Counted from the first letter of the stretch, positions 6,774 to 15,294 are shown. The stretch: DNA of 36,286 bases from Candidatus Woesearchaeota archaeon (GCA_018303245.1 JAGVYM010000047.1:1-36286); one strand, 5' to 3'. The notes: a model not told the origin generated them from the sequence alone. Program-made: numbers and translations.

Positions 6774-8234
6774 ATGCCCAAGAAAGATGACGTTACGCAA
6801 GGAATCACTGTGAAAAAGGCAGATGATTGTTCTGAGTGGTATACGCAAGTCATTCAGAAAGCGGAGTTGGCTGAGTATACTGATGTTTCGGGCTGTATGA
6901 TTTTCCGTCCCCGTGTCTTCGCGATTTGGGAAAAGCTGCAAGCCTTTTTCGACGCAGAAATTAAAAAGCTCGGCGTCAAGAACGCATACTTCCCAATTTT
7001 TATTCCTGAACATCTTTTGATAAAAGAGAAAGAGCACGTTGAGGGTTTTGCTCCTGAAGTCGCGTGGGTGACGCAAGGGGGTAACTCGCCGTTGAACGAG
7101 CGGTTAGCAATTCGTCCAACGAGCGAGACCATCATGTATGATGCGTACGCGAAGTGGATTAGAAGCTATCGTGACTTGCCGCTCAAAATCAATCAATGGG
7201 TGAATGCCGTCCGCTGGGAGTTCAAGCATCCGGTTCCCTTCCTTCGAGGACGAGAATTCCTCTGGCAGGAAGGCCACACTGTGTTTGCGAAGAAAGCGGA
7301 TGCTGAAAAGGAAGTTCTCGACATATTGGAGCTTTACCGAAGAGTGTTCGAAGAGTGTCTTGCCCTTCCGGTCATCAAAGGAAAGAAGAGTGAGAACGAA
7401 AAGTTTGCGGGCGCTGATTATTCTACCTCAGTAGAAACCCTCACGCCAAGCGGCAAGGCGGTTCAGGCGGCGACAAGCCATCACCTAGGCCAGCGGTTCG
7501 CGAAGAGTTTTGGTATTGAATTCCTGGATGAGAACAGTCAGAAGTCAATTCCTTATCAAAACAGTTGGGGCTTCTCGACCCGTTCGATTGGCGCGATGAT
7601 TCTATTCCACGGCGACGACAAAGGGATTGTGATTCCACCAAAAGTCGCTCCGCTTCACGCAGTTGTCATCCCCATTGTGTTTGACAAAGACAAAGAGTTA
7701 GTCCTCAAAGAAGCAAAGAAAATCGCAGACTCACTCAAAAAAGCAGGAGTTTCAGTCGAGCTTGACGACCGTGATTCATACACTGCGGGCTGGAAGTTCA
7801 ATGAGTGGGAACTCAAAGGCGTTTGCCTGCGCATTGAAGTTGGCCCTAAAGATGTTGAGAAAAAGCAGGCTGTTGTGGTGCGCAGGGACACTGGCAAGAA
7901 GGAGTTTGTGAAAATCACAGACCTTGCAAAACACATCGAGTCTGAACTTGAAGCGATGCAAACTGATATGTTTACTAAAGCAAAGAAGTTCTTGACAGAA
8001 AACACAGTCCACGCAAAATCTTGGTCCGAGTTTGAAAAAGCGATCAAGGCCAAAAAGCTTATTGTCATGCTTTGGTGCTGCATAGAGAAGTGTGCACAAG
8101 ATATCAAGGAAAAGACGGAAGGTGCAAAGTGTTTGAACCTGCCTTTTGAAGAAAACAAAACAGCAACAAAAGACAAGTGTGTCCACTGCGGCAAACCCGC
8201 AAGTGCGGTTGCGTTGTTTGCCAAGTCATACTAA
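6774..8234 (+). CDS. proS: prolyl-tRNA synthetase, archaeal/eukaryal type
   Basis: Class II aaRS motifs (RPTSETIMY, FLRGREFLWQEGHT, SWGFSTRSIGAMILFHGDDKG), an anticodon-binding domain, and a C-terminal zinc-type domain ending in ...SY, typical of archaeal ProRS. Confidence 0.95.
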   Translation: MPKKDDVTQGITVKKADDCSEWYTQVIQKAELAEYTDVSGCMIFRPRVFAIWEKLQAFFDAEIKKLGVKNAYFPIFIPEHLLIKEKEHVEGFAPEVAWVTQGGNSPLNERLAIRPTSETIMYDAYAKWIRSYRDLPLKINQWVNAVRWEFKHPVPFLRGREFLWQEGHTVFAKKADAEKEVLDILELYRRVFEECLALPVIKGKKSENEKFAGADYSTSVETLTPSGKAVQAATSHHLGQRFAKSFGIEFLDENSQKSIPYQNSWGFSTRSIGAMILFHGDDKGIVIPPKVAPLHAVVIPIVFDKDKELVLKEAKKIADSLKKAGVSVELDDRDSYTAGWKFNEWELKGVCLRIEVGPKDVEKKQAVVVRRDTGKKEFVKITDLAKHIESELEAMQTDMFTKAKKFLTENTVHAKSWSEFEKAIKAKKLIVMLWCCIEKCAQDIKEKTEGAKCLNLPFEENKTATKDKCVHCGKPASAVALFAKSY

Positions 8235-8285
8235 CCACCTTAACAAAAGAGAGAATTTTTATATTCTGCTGATTTGCTGACCAGT

Positions 8286-8790
8286 ATGAATCAGCGCATG
8301 ATTGTTAAAATTATTTCAGTGTTACTTATTATTGGTGCAGTGGTTACAATAGGATATCCTATTATTTACATTCTACTTTCAGGTACGAGTGACATTGTGA
8401 GCCAACAACGTTTTGGTCCTCCGCAATCCATTTATGAGCCAACGTTTTGGTCCTCCGCAATCCATTTATGAGCGCTTGGCAGCGATTATTTTCGACAATT
8501 TGTTGTTTTTTGGGCTAGGAGTGTTTCAATTCATTGTCGGACTAAAACTTTGGAAATTACGGTCTTGGTCAAGAGTTGTCGCAGGTATTTGGTTCGGAAT
8601 TGCATCTTTGTACGTTCTTGGAATCTCACTGTGGAAGGTATTTCTTTATTTTTTTAGGAACCTTTACAGTTGGGTTAGTTTAGATTGGTGGCTCGTTCTT
8701 GGTTTATTGGTTATTGCCGCAATTCTAGGTATTCTAATTTCTTGCCTTTTGTTGTTCAATAAGAACACGAAACTTCTTTTTATAAAGTGA
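8286..8790 (+). pseudogene. small multi-TM membrane protein gene split by a 34-bp tandem duplication
   Basis: ORFs 8274-8471 and 8413-8790 both encode QRFGPPQSIYE. Removing one 34-bp copy joins them into one ORF of about 160 aa. TATA-like TTTTTATATT (8256-8265) lies 25 nt upstream of the ATG at 8286. Confidence 0.6.
8406..8473 (+). repeat. perfect 34-bp tandem direct duplication (2 copies)
   Basis: CAACGTTTTGGTCCTCCGCAATCCATTTATGAGC occurs at 8406-8439 and again at 8440-8473. Confidence 0.95.
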
Positions 8791-8845
8791 ATTCATAACT
8801 CTTATAAGCCAGATATTCGTTTGTTTTTTTTGTGGGTGATTTCAA

Positions 8846-9223
8846 ATGGAAACAGCGTATGCAGTTGAAACGTCAAAATCAGTGAGTGATGCAGTGGTTG
8901 CAGTTCTTAAGGCTGTTGAGCAGAAAGGTTGGGCGGTGTTTGCCGTGATTGATCTGCAGGAGCGCCTTATAGCTAAGGGATTTGCGCAAAAGCCGGTGAA
9001 GGTCATCGAGATTTGTTCGGCAAAGCACGCGAACGCGATGTTGAATAAGAACCGGCTTGTTTCGTTGTGTATGCCTTGCAGGATTGCAGTGTTTGAGGAT
9101 GGCAAGACGAGGATTGCGACCATGCGCCCTGTAATACTGGCAGGCATGTTTGACGGAATTTCTGTGCAAGATGTCGAGTTGATTGACGCGGACTTGCGTA
9201 CAATAGTGGATGCGGCGGCATAA
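8846..9223 (+). CDS. DUF302 domain protein
   Basis: 125 aa with a DUF302-like pattern (VFAVIDLQ..., EICSAKHANAML, LCMPCRIAVFEDG). GGGTGAT SD-like motif at 8834-8840. TATA-like CTTATAAG at 8801-8808. Confidence 0.75.
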   Translation: METAYAVETSKSVSDAVVAVLKAVEQKGWAVFAVIDLQERLIAKGFAQKPVKVIEICSAKHANAMLNKNRLVSLCMPCRIAVFEDGKTRIATMRPVILAGMFDGISVQDVELIDADLRTIVDAAA

Positions 9224-9225
9224 CT

Positions 9226-9234
9226 CTTATAAAT
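9226..9234 (+). promoter_or_regulatory. TATA box for the transketolase gene (leaderless)
   Basis: CTTATAAAT is centred 25 nt upstream of the ATG at 9255. Confidence 0.5.
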
Positions 9235-9254
9235 CCCCCTTCCATTCTCGTTTT

Positions 9255-11042
9255 ATGCAAAAAGAGGTCGTTTTACAACAGATTGCAAACCGTTTGCGCC
9301 ATCATGTTCTCCATATGACCACTCGAGCAGGCTCTGGTCACCCTACAACTTGCCTAAGCTCGGCAGAAATTATGGCTTGTTTGTTTTTCTCCGATATGAA
9401 ATACAATGCCAAGCACCCGCAAGACCTCGCCAACGATGAATTCATCTTGAGCAAGGGCCACGCTGCTCCGATTTTATGGGCAGCCTACGCAGAGGCAGGA
9501 GTTATTCCATTCGCTGAACTTTCCAAGTTCCGCACGTTTGAATCTCAGCTTGAAGGTCACCCTACGCCAAGGATGCCGTGGGTTAAAGTCGCGACTGGAA
9601 GCCTGGGTCAAGGTCTTTCCATAGGTGTGGGGATGGCGCTCGCCCAGCGATTGCACAAATCAAATGCGAAAACATTTGTGCTCGTGGGTGATGGTGAATG
9701 TGCTGAAGGAAGTGTCTGGGAGGCAGCAAGTCTCGCAGCAAAACTGCACGTTTCAAATCTTGTCGCAATAGTCGACTGCAATAGACTTGGGCAATCTGGT
9801 GAATCATTGCACGGCAAACACGCGGATGTCTGGAAGAAGAAATTCGAAAGCTTTGGCTGGTCGGCAAAAGTTATTGATGGTCACAATATCAAAGAGATTC
9901 TGCGCGCTTTTGCAGAGAAAAAGAAATGTCCAGTTGTAATCATTGCCAAGACAGTCAAAGGCAAAGGAGTTTCTTTCCTGGAAGACAAGGAGGGCTGGCA
10001 CGGCAAGGCGCTTTCTCCTGGTGAACTTATCGACGCGCTTCGTGAACTTGGACCGCTTCCAGGAATAGACGCAAAAAAGTTTGTCCATCATAGAAAACCA
10101 ATGGCGCAAAAGTTGTCCTGGCTTGGAGTTCCAGCAGTCAGTTACAAGCATGGTGACCAAGTAGCGACACGGGAAGGGTATGGCACGATGATTGCAAAGC
10201 TTGGTAAAAACCCAAGGATTGTCGCGCTTGATGGTGATGTGAAGAATTCGACGTTTGCAGAAAAATTTAAGTCTCTTTATCCGGCGCGTTTTGTGGATTC
10301 GTTCATCGCAGAACAAAACATGGTTGGAATGGCGATGGGTTTTGCCGCGAAAGGGTTTGTTCCGTTCGCAAGCACCTTTGCAGCGTTTCTCACAAGAGCT
10401 CACGACCAATTAAGGATGGCTGCGATTTCGCGATTGAATCTTAAGTGCGTCGGCTCGCACGCGGGAGTTTCGATTGGGGAGGATGGTCCGTCCCAGATGG
10501 GCTTGGAAGACCTTGCGTTGTTCCGCTCGCTTCCCGAAAGCACAGTCTTGTATCCTTGCGACGCGGTTTCAGCGGAGAAATGTACTGCATTGCTTGCTCA
10601 ATCAACAGGAATCGGTTACTTGCGTACCACACGGCCTAAGACTTCAGTGATTTACAAATCCGCAGACTTGTTTGTCATCGGCGGAAGCAAACTTATTGTA
10701 AAAGGAAAAGACTTGCTCATCATCGCCGCAGGAATCACAGTCCACGAATCGCTCAAAGCTGCAAAGCTGCTTAAAAAGAAAGGAATCTCCGCAAGTGTGC
10801 TTGACGCGTATTCAATAAAGCCGCTAGACGCAAAAACCATCAAAGTGCAGGCCAAAGGCAAGCAAGTTATTGTGGTTGAAGATCATTACGCGCAAGGAGG
10901 TCTTGGCGAAGCTATCGCAAGTTCAGGAATTTCTATTACGCATTTGTGCATCAAAGAGATTCCTCGTTCGGGAAAAGCAGATGTTCTTCTTGCAAAGTAT
11001 GGGATTGATGCGAAAGCGATTGTAGCTGCAGTAAAGAAGTAA
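9255..11042 (+). CDS. tkt: transketolase (fused N- and C-terminal halves)
   Basis: SGHPTTCLS, GSLGQGLSIGVGMA, and GDGECAEGSVWEA (TPP binding), then a pyrimidine-binding/C-terminal half (FIAEQNMVGMA, SHAGVSIGEDGPSQ). The start is moved to 9255 based on the TATA spacing; the ORF-track start at 9210 overlaps the DUF302 gene. Confidence 0.9.
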   Translation: MQKEVVLQQIANRLRHHVLHMTTRAGSGHPTTCLSSAEIMACLFFSDMKYNAKHPQDLANDEFILSKGHAAPILWAAYAEAGVIPFAELSKFRTFESQLEGHPTPRMPWVKVATGSLGQGLSIGVGMALAQRLHKSNAKTFVLVGDGECAEGSVWEAASLAAKLHVSNLVAIVDCNRLGQSGESLHGKHADVWKKKFESFGWSAKVIDGHNIKEILRAFAEKKKCPVVIIAKTVKGKGVSFLEDKEGWHGKALSPGELIDALRELGPLPGIDAKKFVHHRKPMAQKLSWLGVPAVSYKHGDQVATREGYGTMIAKLGKNPRIVALDGDVKNSTFAEKFKSLYPARFVDSFIAEQNMVGMAMGFAAKGFVPFASTFAAFLTRAHDQLRMAAISRLNLKCVGSHAGVSIGEDGPSQMGLEDLALFRSLPESTVLYPCDAVSAEKCTALLAQSTGIGYLRTTRPKTSVIYKSADLFVIGGSKLIVKGKDLLIIAAGITVHESLKAAKLLKKKGISASVLDAYSIKPLDAKTIKVQAKGKQVIVVEDHYAQGGLGEAIASSGISITHLCIKEIPRSGKADVLLAKYGIDAKAIVAAVKK

Positions 11043-11073
11043 GTTCTGTTGTATCGAAATAGTATTAAATTCT

Positions 11074-11295
11074 TTATGAATGATGAACGGACATTATGAC
11101 GCATTGAGATATTATCATTTCGCAACTGCTGTTGTGGCTGACGCACTTGAAAAGTTGCTTACATTGTTCGATAATTTGCTCAATCTTCGGCTTGCTTAAA
11201 ACTGCCGCTTTGTCTGCTTTCTTCGCTTTGAGAACTGAGATTGCAAACAAATTATACGCAATAATTCGTTCAGGAGAGGGATAAATAACGCTCAT
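11074..11295 (-). CDS. hypothetical 73-aa protein, possibly an N-terminal fragment of a Fic/Doc-family protein
   Basis: IYPSPERIIAYNLFAISVLKAKKADKAAVLSKPKIEQIIE resembles the N-terminus of archaeal Doc-like proteins, but no Fic motif (HxFx[DN][AG]N[KG]R) is present. Confidence 0.3.
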   Translation of the reverse strand: MSVIYPSPERIIAYNLFAISVLKAKKADKAAVLSKPKIEQIIEQCKQLFKCVSHNSSCEMIISQCVIMSVHHS

Positions 11296-11301
11296 GCTTT
11301 G

Positions 11302-11748
11302 CTATCTCTTCCAAATCACTTCATTCCCTTTGTGAATTTTGGTTATTCTGTTCAAAGGTATGAATCTTTCATGTCCATTCTCTGCGATGATTAAAAAGTC
11401 ATGTTCGATTTTCTTGATGGCGTGTGCATGGATTTTATGGTCGTGTTTTCCGAGTTCATCGTAATACGAGATGTGATGGAGTTCACCGCGTTTGGATAGC
11501 GTAGATACTTCATGGAGAAGTTTTGCAATTTTACGTATGCGTGCAGAGAACGGATCAAATTCGCGGTACATATAACCAGTCATTGTAAGAATGAACAGTC
11601 CGACGAAGAGAGAAAAATAAACATTTTTGAGCAGTGGGATTTCGTAGGAGACTTCCCAGATTCCGCGCCAGAACAAGATGATTCCGATGGCGTAGAGCAG
11701 TGAGTAGAGGAACTGTCGGTCTTCTTCGCGCAAGGTGTAGAAACTCAT
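11302..11748 (-). CDS. membrane-anchored DUF504/UPF0248-like protein
   Basis: Two N-terminal TM helices. The C-terminus (ISYYDELG...IPLNRITKIHKGNEVIWKR) matches the DUF504 signature (IPxHRI...W.R). There is a 4-nt overlap with the upstream AMP phosphorylase gene. Confidence 0.6.
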   Translation of the reverse strand: MSFYTLREEDRQFLYSLLYAIGIILFWRGIWEVSYEIPLLKNVYFSLFVGLFILTMTGYMYREFDPFSARIRKIAKLLHEVSTLSKRGELHHISYYDELGKHDHKIHAHAIKKIEHDFLIIAENGHERFIPLNRITKIHKGNEVIWKR

Positions 11749-13235
11749 ATGATTTCAACTCTTTCTTTAAGTAATGCTTTGATTGCGAAGGCGAGTTTAT
11801 TTTTGTTCCGGGCGTATACTGTGAGGATGCGTTCTCCTTTGTGGACTGGTTCTCCGCAGGTCTTGTGCAGGTAGACTCCCGCGTCCGGGTCGAGCGGGGC
11901 GCCCGCGAGTCGGCCTACTTTTGCGATGAGTGCAGTCTCGATGGTTTTTATTTTACCGTTCTTTTTGGCTTTGAGTGTGAAGGTCTCTCGGGCAGGGAGA
12001 AGTTTTTCTGGATTGGGAGGTTTTCCTCCTTGCGCCTCGATTATTTTGCACATGGCTCCCCATGCGGCTCCTGTGGAGAGAAGTTGTTGTGCAAGTGCTT
12101 TTCCTTTTCCCGGTTTTGACTTGCCGGTGAACTCTAAGAGAATTCCTGCTTGTTCAACACTTTTGGAAACCAAGTCCTGCGGAGCCCGTTTGTCTTCTTT
12201 GAGCGTCCACAGCACGTCGCGCGCTTCAAGAACAGGTCCGATTCCGCGTCCTACGGGTTGTGAGCCGTCGGCGATGACAGTCTTGACTTTGATGTGGAGA
12301 ATGTTTCCTAGTTCTGCGAAGTGTTTGGCAAGATGTTTTGCTCCACGTTTGTCCGGGACTTTTGCTCCTCTGCCGATGGGGATTTCCATCAAGAGGTGGG
12401 TTGCTCCCACGCTGGCTTTTTTTGCCATTATTGATGCGAGCATCTGTCCTTCTGCATCGATGGAGAGTGGGTGTTCGATGTTGATGATTTTGTCATCCGC
12501 AGGTGCGAGGTTGACTGCTCCTCCCCAGATGATGAAGCCGCCGACATCATCGATGATTTTATTGAGTTTTCGTAACGGAATCTGGACGGGCGCGAGCACT
12601 TCCATGGTATCTGCTGTTCCCGATGGTGATGTGATGGCCCTGCTGCTGGTTTTTGGGACGATACAGCCTGCGGCGACAAGGATGGGGACTATGACCATGG
12701 TTGAACGGTTTCCCGGAACTCCGCCGATGGAGTGCAGGTCGACCACAGGATACTTTTTGATGCGAAGCACGTCTCCGGTCTGTGCGAGGGATCTGGTGAG
12801 TGAGACAATTTCTTTGGTGTTCATTCCGCGAGTGTAGGTTGCGATGACAAAACTGGTGAGCTCAATGTCGGTGAGTTTGTTGTCCACGATGTCGCGGATG
12901 ATGCTCTCGATTTCTTTTGGGGTGAGATGTTTGCCATCAAGCTTTCGTTTTATCGCTCCGATGCTTTCAGGTTTTGAGGCGACTTCGACGTTGACGACCT
13001 CGCCGTGTTTTGTGCTGAGCTCATCAAGCACTTCTTCGAATAGTCCGATGTGGCCTGGCAGGACTGCTTTTCTGCTTTCTCCAACATCTACGATTGCGAT
13101 GGTTTTTCTGCCATTGCGGTTGAGGGCCACGCGGTCCATTGGGTGCAAGTCAAGCAGCCTCGCGTCTTTTTCATTAAGAAGGACTACTTTGACATCTCCT
13201 GTTGCAATATCCATGTCCTTGACTGTGAGTTTCAT
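11745..13235 (-). CDS. AMP phosphorylase (archaeal thymidine-phosphorylase family, long N-terminal form)
   Basis: 496 aa. N-terminal extension MKLTVKDMDIATGDVKVVLLNEKDA typical of AMPpase, then the glycosyltransferase family-3 core (HSIGGVPGN, TSSRAITSPSGTAD). Confidence 0.85.
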   Translation of the reverse strand: MKLTVKDMDIATGDVKVVLLNEKDARLLDLHPMDRVALNRNGRKTIAIVDVGESRKAVLPGHIGLFEEVLDELSTKHGEVVNVEVASKPESIGAIKRKLDGKHLTPKEIESIIRDIVDNKLTDIELTSFVIATYTRGMNTKEIVSLTRSLAQTGDVLRIKKYPVVDLHSIGGVPGNRSTMVIVPILVAAGCIVPKTSSRAITSPSGTADTMEVLAPVQIPLRKLNKIIDDVGGFIIWGGAVNLAPADDKIINIEHPLSIDAEGQMLASIMAKKASVGATHLLMEIPIGRGAKVPDKRGAKHLAKHFAELGNILHIKVKTVIADGSQPVGRGIGPVLEARDVLWTLKEDKRAPQDLVSKSVEQAGILLEFTGKSKPGKGKALAQQLLSTGAAWGAMCKIIEAQGGKPPNPEKLLPARETFTLKAKKNGKIKTIETALIAKVGRLAGAPLDPDAGVYLHKTCGEPVHKGERILTVYARNKNKLAFAIKALLKERVEII

Positions 13236-14314
13236 CTGAAGTGGTGGAGGGGATGAACGTGTTCCCGCTCGTATATTTCAAATAAGGTCTGGAAGAGTGA
13301 AAGGACGAATGGTCCGATTATAAGGCCAATGATTCCGAACAGGAATAATCCTCCGAATACCCCAACTAGAATGAGAAGGGGATGAACTTTTGATCTTCCT
13401 GCGATGATGAATGGCTTGAGGATGTTGTCTGCTGATGAAATTACGAGCAGTCCAAATATGAACAGGCCGACTCCGCGTGCGATAAGCGACGGCTCTCCTT
13501 GGATGTATCCGTTGAGCAGCAAGAACAGGCTTGCCGGAAGCCAGACGATGGCAGTTCCTAAGAATGGGACAAGAGCGAGGATTGCCATGAGGACTCCCCA
13601 CCAGAGGAATCCTTGGATCCCAAAAAGCCAGAATCCGAATGCGCCAAGCGCCCCCTGGACAAGCGCGACGACGAAACTTCCATAAATTAGTGCGTAGGTG
13701 ACTTCGCTGAATTGCGTGATTATCTGGTGCTGATGGTGTTCGTGTAAAGGAATGAGGAGCGCCATGCGTCGCACGAGATCTTTTCCGTCAATAAGGAGGT
13801 AATAGGTTGTGAAGAACAGGATGAGTGCGTTTATGACCAATTGTGGAAGTGAGACGAGCCATGAGCTGACTCGTTGAGTGAATGTCCGGACGATAGTGGT
13901 GAGGATTCCAAGTATGTAGTCGCGGGTGTCAGGTTCGCGCATGAGTTCGTTGGCGCTGTTGACAAGATTGCAGACCGTTCCTTGGTCAAGGCAATGTCCT
14001 TCGATAAGTTTTCCTCCAATGATGTCTTGCTTGAGGAAGAGGTAGGATTCTTGTGCTTCCCGAGTGAGATTTTGTAATAGTATCACTGCAGGTACTGCAA
14101 TCATGACGAGAATAAGGAGGACGGTGATGAATGCTGCGATTCCTTGCGAGTTGAGTTTGCGCGCAAGCCAGCGATAGATTGGAGTGAAGACGAACGCAAG
14201 CACCGCTCCGCCGATGACGCTCCCAAGGAAGGGCCACATGATGATTAGGCTCGCGATTCCGATTACGATAAGTGTGCCTAAAAAGAAGTTGCGATACGTG
14301 TCCTCTTTTTGCAT
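13232..14314 (-). CDS. AI-2E (PerM/UPF0118) family transporter
   Basis: 360 aa, about 8 TM helices, typical AI-2E organisation and C-terminal motif region (LVPFLGTAIVWLPA, ADNILKPFIIG). Confidence 0.8.
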   Translation of the reverse strand: MQKEDTYRNFFLGTLIVIGIASLIIMWPFLGSVIGGAVLAFVFTPIYRWLARKLNSQGIAAFITVLLILVMIAVPAVILLQNLTREAQESYLFLKQDIIGGKLIEGHCLDQGTVCNLVNSANELMREPDTRDYILGILTTIVRTFTQRVSSWLVSLPQLVINALILFFTTYYLLIDGKDLVRRMALLIPLHEHHQHQIITQFSEVTYALIYGSFVVALVQGALGAFGFWLFGIQGFLWWGVLMAILALVPFLGTAIVWLPASLFLLLNGYIQGEPSLIARGVGLFIFGLLVISSADNILKPFIIAGRSKVHPLLILVGVFGGLFLFGIIGLIIGPFVLSLFQTLFEIYEREHVHPLHHFR

Positions 14315-14337
14315 ATTGGGAAATAGAGGCCAGAGTA

Positions 14338-14345
14338 TTTATAAA
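14338..14345 (-). promoter_or_regulatory. TATA box for the AI-2E transporter gene (leaderless)
   Basis: Palindromic TTTATAAA is centred about 27 nt upstream of the ATG at 14314. Confidence 0.45.
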
Positions 14346-14367
14346 TGTTGCTTCAGAAAAATAAAAT

Positions 14368-14481
14368 GAGCCCGGCCAGGTTCGAACTGGCGACTTGCTC
14401 GACTTTGAAAGGCCGAAGGCGTTTCAAAGAAATGCCTTGGCTTTCGTCAACGAGCCGTCATAACCGCTAGACCACGGGCTC
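14368..14481 (-). tRNA. tRNA-Val (anticodon GAC) with an anticodon-loop intron of about 42 nt
   Basis: Minus strand: GAGCCCG-UG-GUCU-AGCGGUUAU-GAC-G-GCUCG-UUGACGA[42-nt intron, about 14402-14443]CGAGC-AAGUC-GCCAG-UUCGAAC-CUGGC-CGGGCUC. All four stems pair. The intron forms its own long hairpin. CCA is not encoded. Confidence 0.85.
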
Positions 14482-14506
14482 AATGTATATTGTTTATTCA
14501 CTTTTT

Positions 14507-14548
14507 GAGCCTGTGGTTCCGCCACGAGAGTGGCTAGACCACGGGCTC
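14507..14548. repeat. 42-nt hairpin that contains a 16-nt copy of the tRNA-Val 5' end
   Basis: GAGCCTGTGGT-TCC-GCCAC-GAGA-GTGGC-TAG-ACCACGGGCTC. GCTAGACCACGGGCTC (14533-14548) is identical to 14466-14481, which is tRNA-Val nt 1-16 on the minus strand. Confidence 0.7.
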
Positions 14549-14595
14549 GGTTATAATAATCAAGCGGGCAAGGAGCGGTTTATAAAGCTTTTCTC

Positions 14596-15264
14596 CTATT
14601 GTTCCCAAACGTTCACATCGCCGCCACTCTGCACAGGATATGCTCGTTGTGCAGTTTTCAGGATGACTTCGGCTACTTTTAACGGCGGAACTCCTTCAAA
14701 GTTTGTCATGCGCGTTGCGGTAAGTCCGGGGTTGACATTAACGATAAAAAGGCCTGGATGTTCTTTTGCAATTCCTTGGGTGAATCCGCGGACTCCGAAT
14801 TTGGTTGCGCAGTATGTGGTGAGTTCTTCGTATGCGGTGATTCCTGCTTGACTTGCGATGTTGATGAGTGTTTCTTTTATGTGCGGTAGGGCTGCTTTCG
14901 TAAGCTTGATTAGGCCTTCGAGATTGGTCCTGATTTGAAGTTCAATTTCCTCGTTGGTCTGTTTAAGCAAAGGCTTCGAGGCGATAACTGCTGCGTTATT
15001 TATGAGGATGTCAACGTGCTGGAATCGCTCAAGAGTCTTTTTCACACAGTCCGCGATGCTTGTGTTGTCAACGACATCAAGGTACAAGACAAAGACCTCA
15101 GCTCCGTGTTTTCTACATTCAGCCGCGGTCTTTTCTGCTTCTTCTTTATCTTTGTAATAAGTTAGTACGAGCTTGCATTTTTCTTTGGAAAATAGTTTTG
15201 CGGTTTCGCTACCAATTCCAATACTCGCTCCGGTTATAAGGACGACTTTTCCGTTGAGTGTCAT
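14596..15264 (-). CDS. short-chain dehydrogenase/reductase (SDR) family oxidoreductase
   Basis: TGASIGIG cofactor motif, NNAA, and catalytic YCATK. Confidence 0.9.
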   Translation of the reverse strand: MTLNGKVVLITGASIGIGSETAKLFSKEKCKLVLTYYKDKEEAEKTAAECRKHGAEVFVLYLDVVDNTSIADCVKKTLERFQHVDILINNAAVIASKPLLKQTNEEIELQIRTNLEGLIKLTKAALPHIKETLINIASQAGITAYEELTTYCATKFGVRGFTQGIAKEHPGLFIVNVNPGLTATRMTNFEGVPPLKVAEVILKTAQRAYPVQSGGDVNVWEQ

Positions 15265-15285
15265 GAACGAATTAAAGAGGGAGAG

Positions 15286-15294
15286 TTATAATAA
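15286..15294 (-). promoter_or_regulatory. TATA box for the SDR gene (leaderless)
   Basis: TTATTATAA (minus strand) is centred 26 nt upstream of the ATG at 15264. Confidence 0.45.

Noticed and set aside
11841-13256. Long ORFs antisense to the AMP phosphorylase gene (for example 11926-12837, 303 aa). Similar antisense or alternate-frame ORFs occur inside the ligase, transketolase, proS, lhr and AI-2E genes.
   Set aside because: They overlap strongly supported genes on the other strand or in another frame. They have biased, low-complexity compositions (S/P/A/R-rich) and no motifs, which is typical of shadow ORFs.
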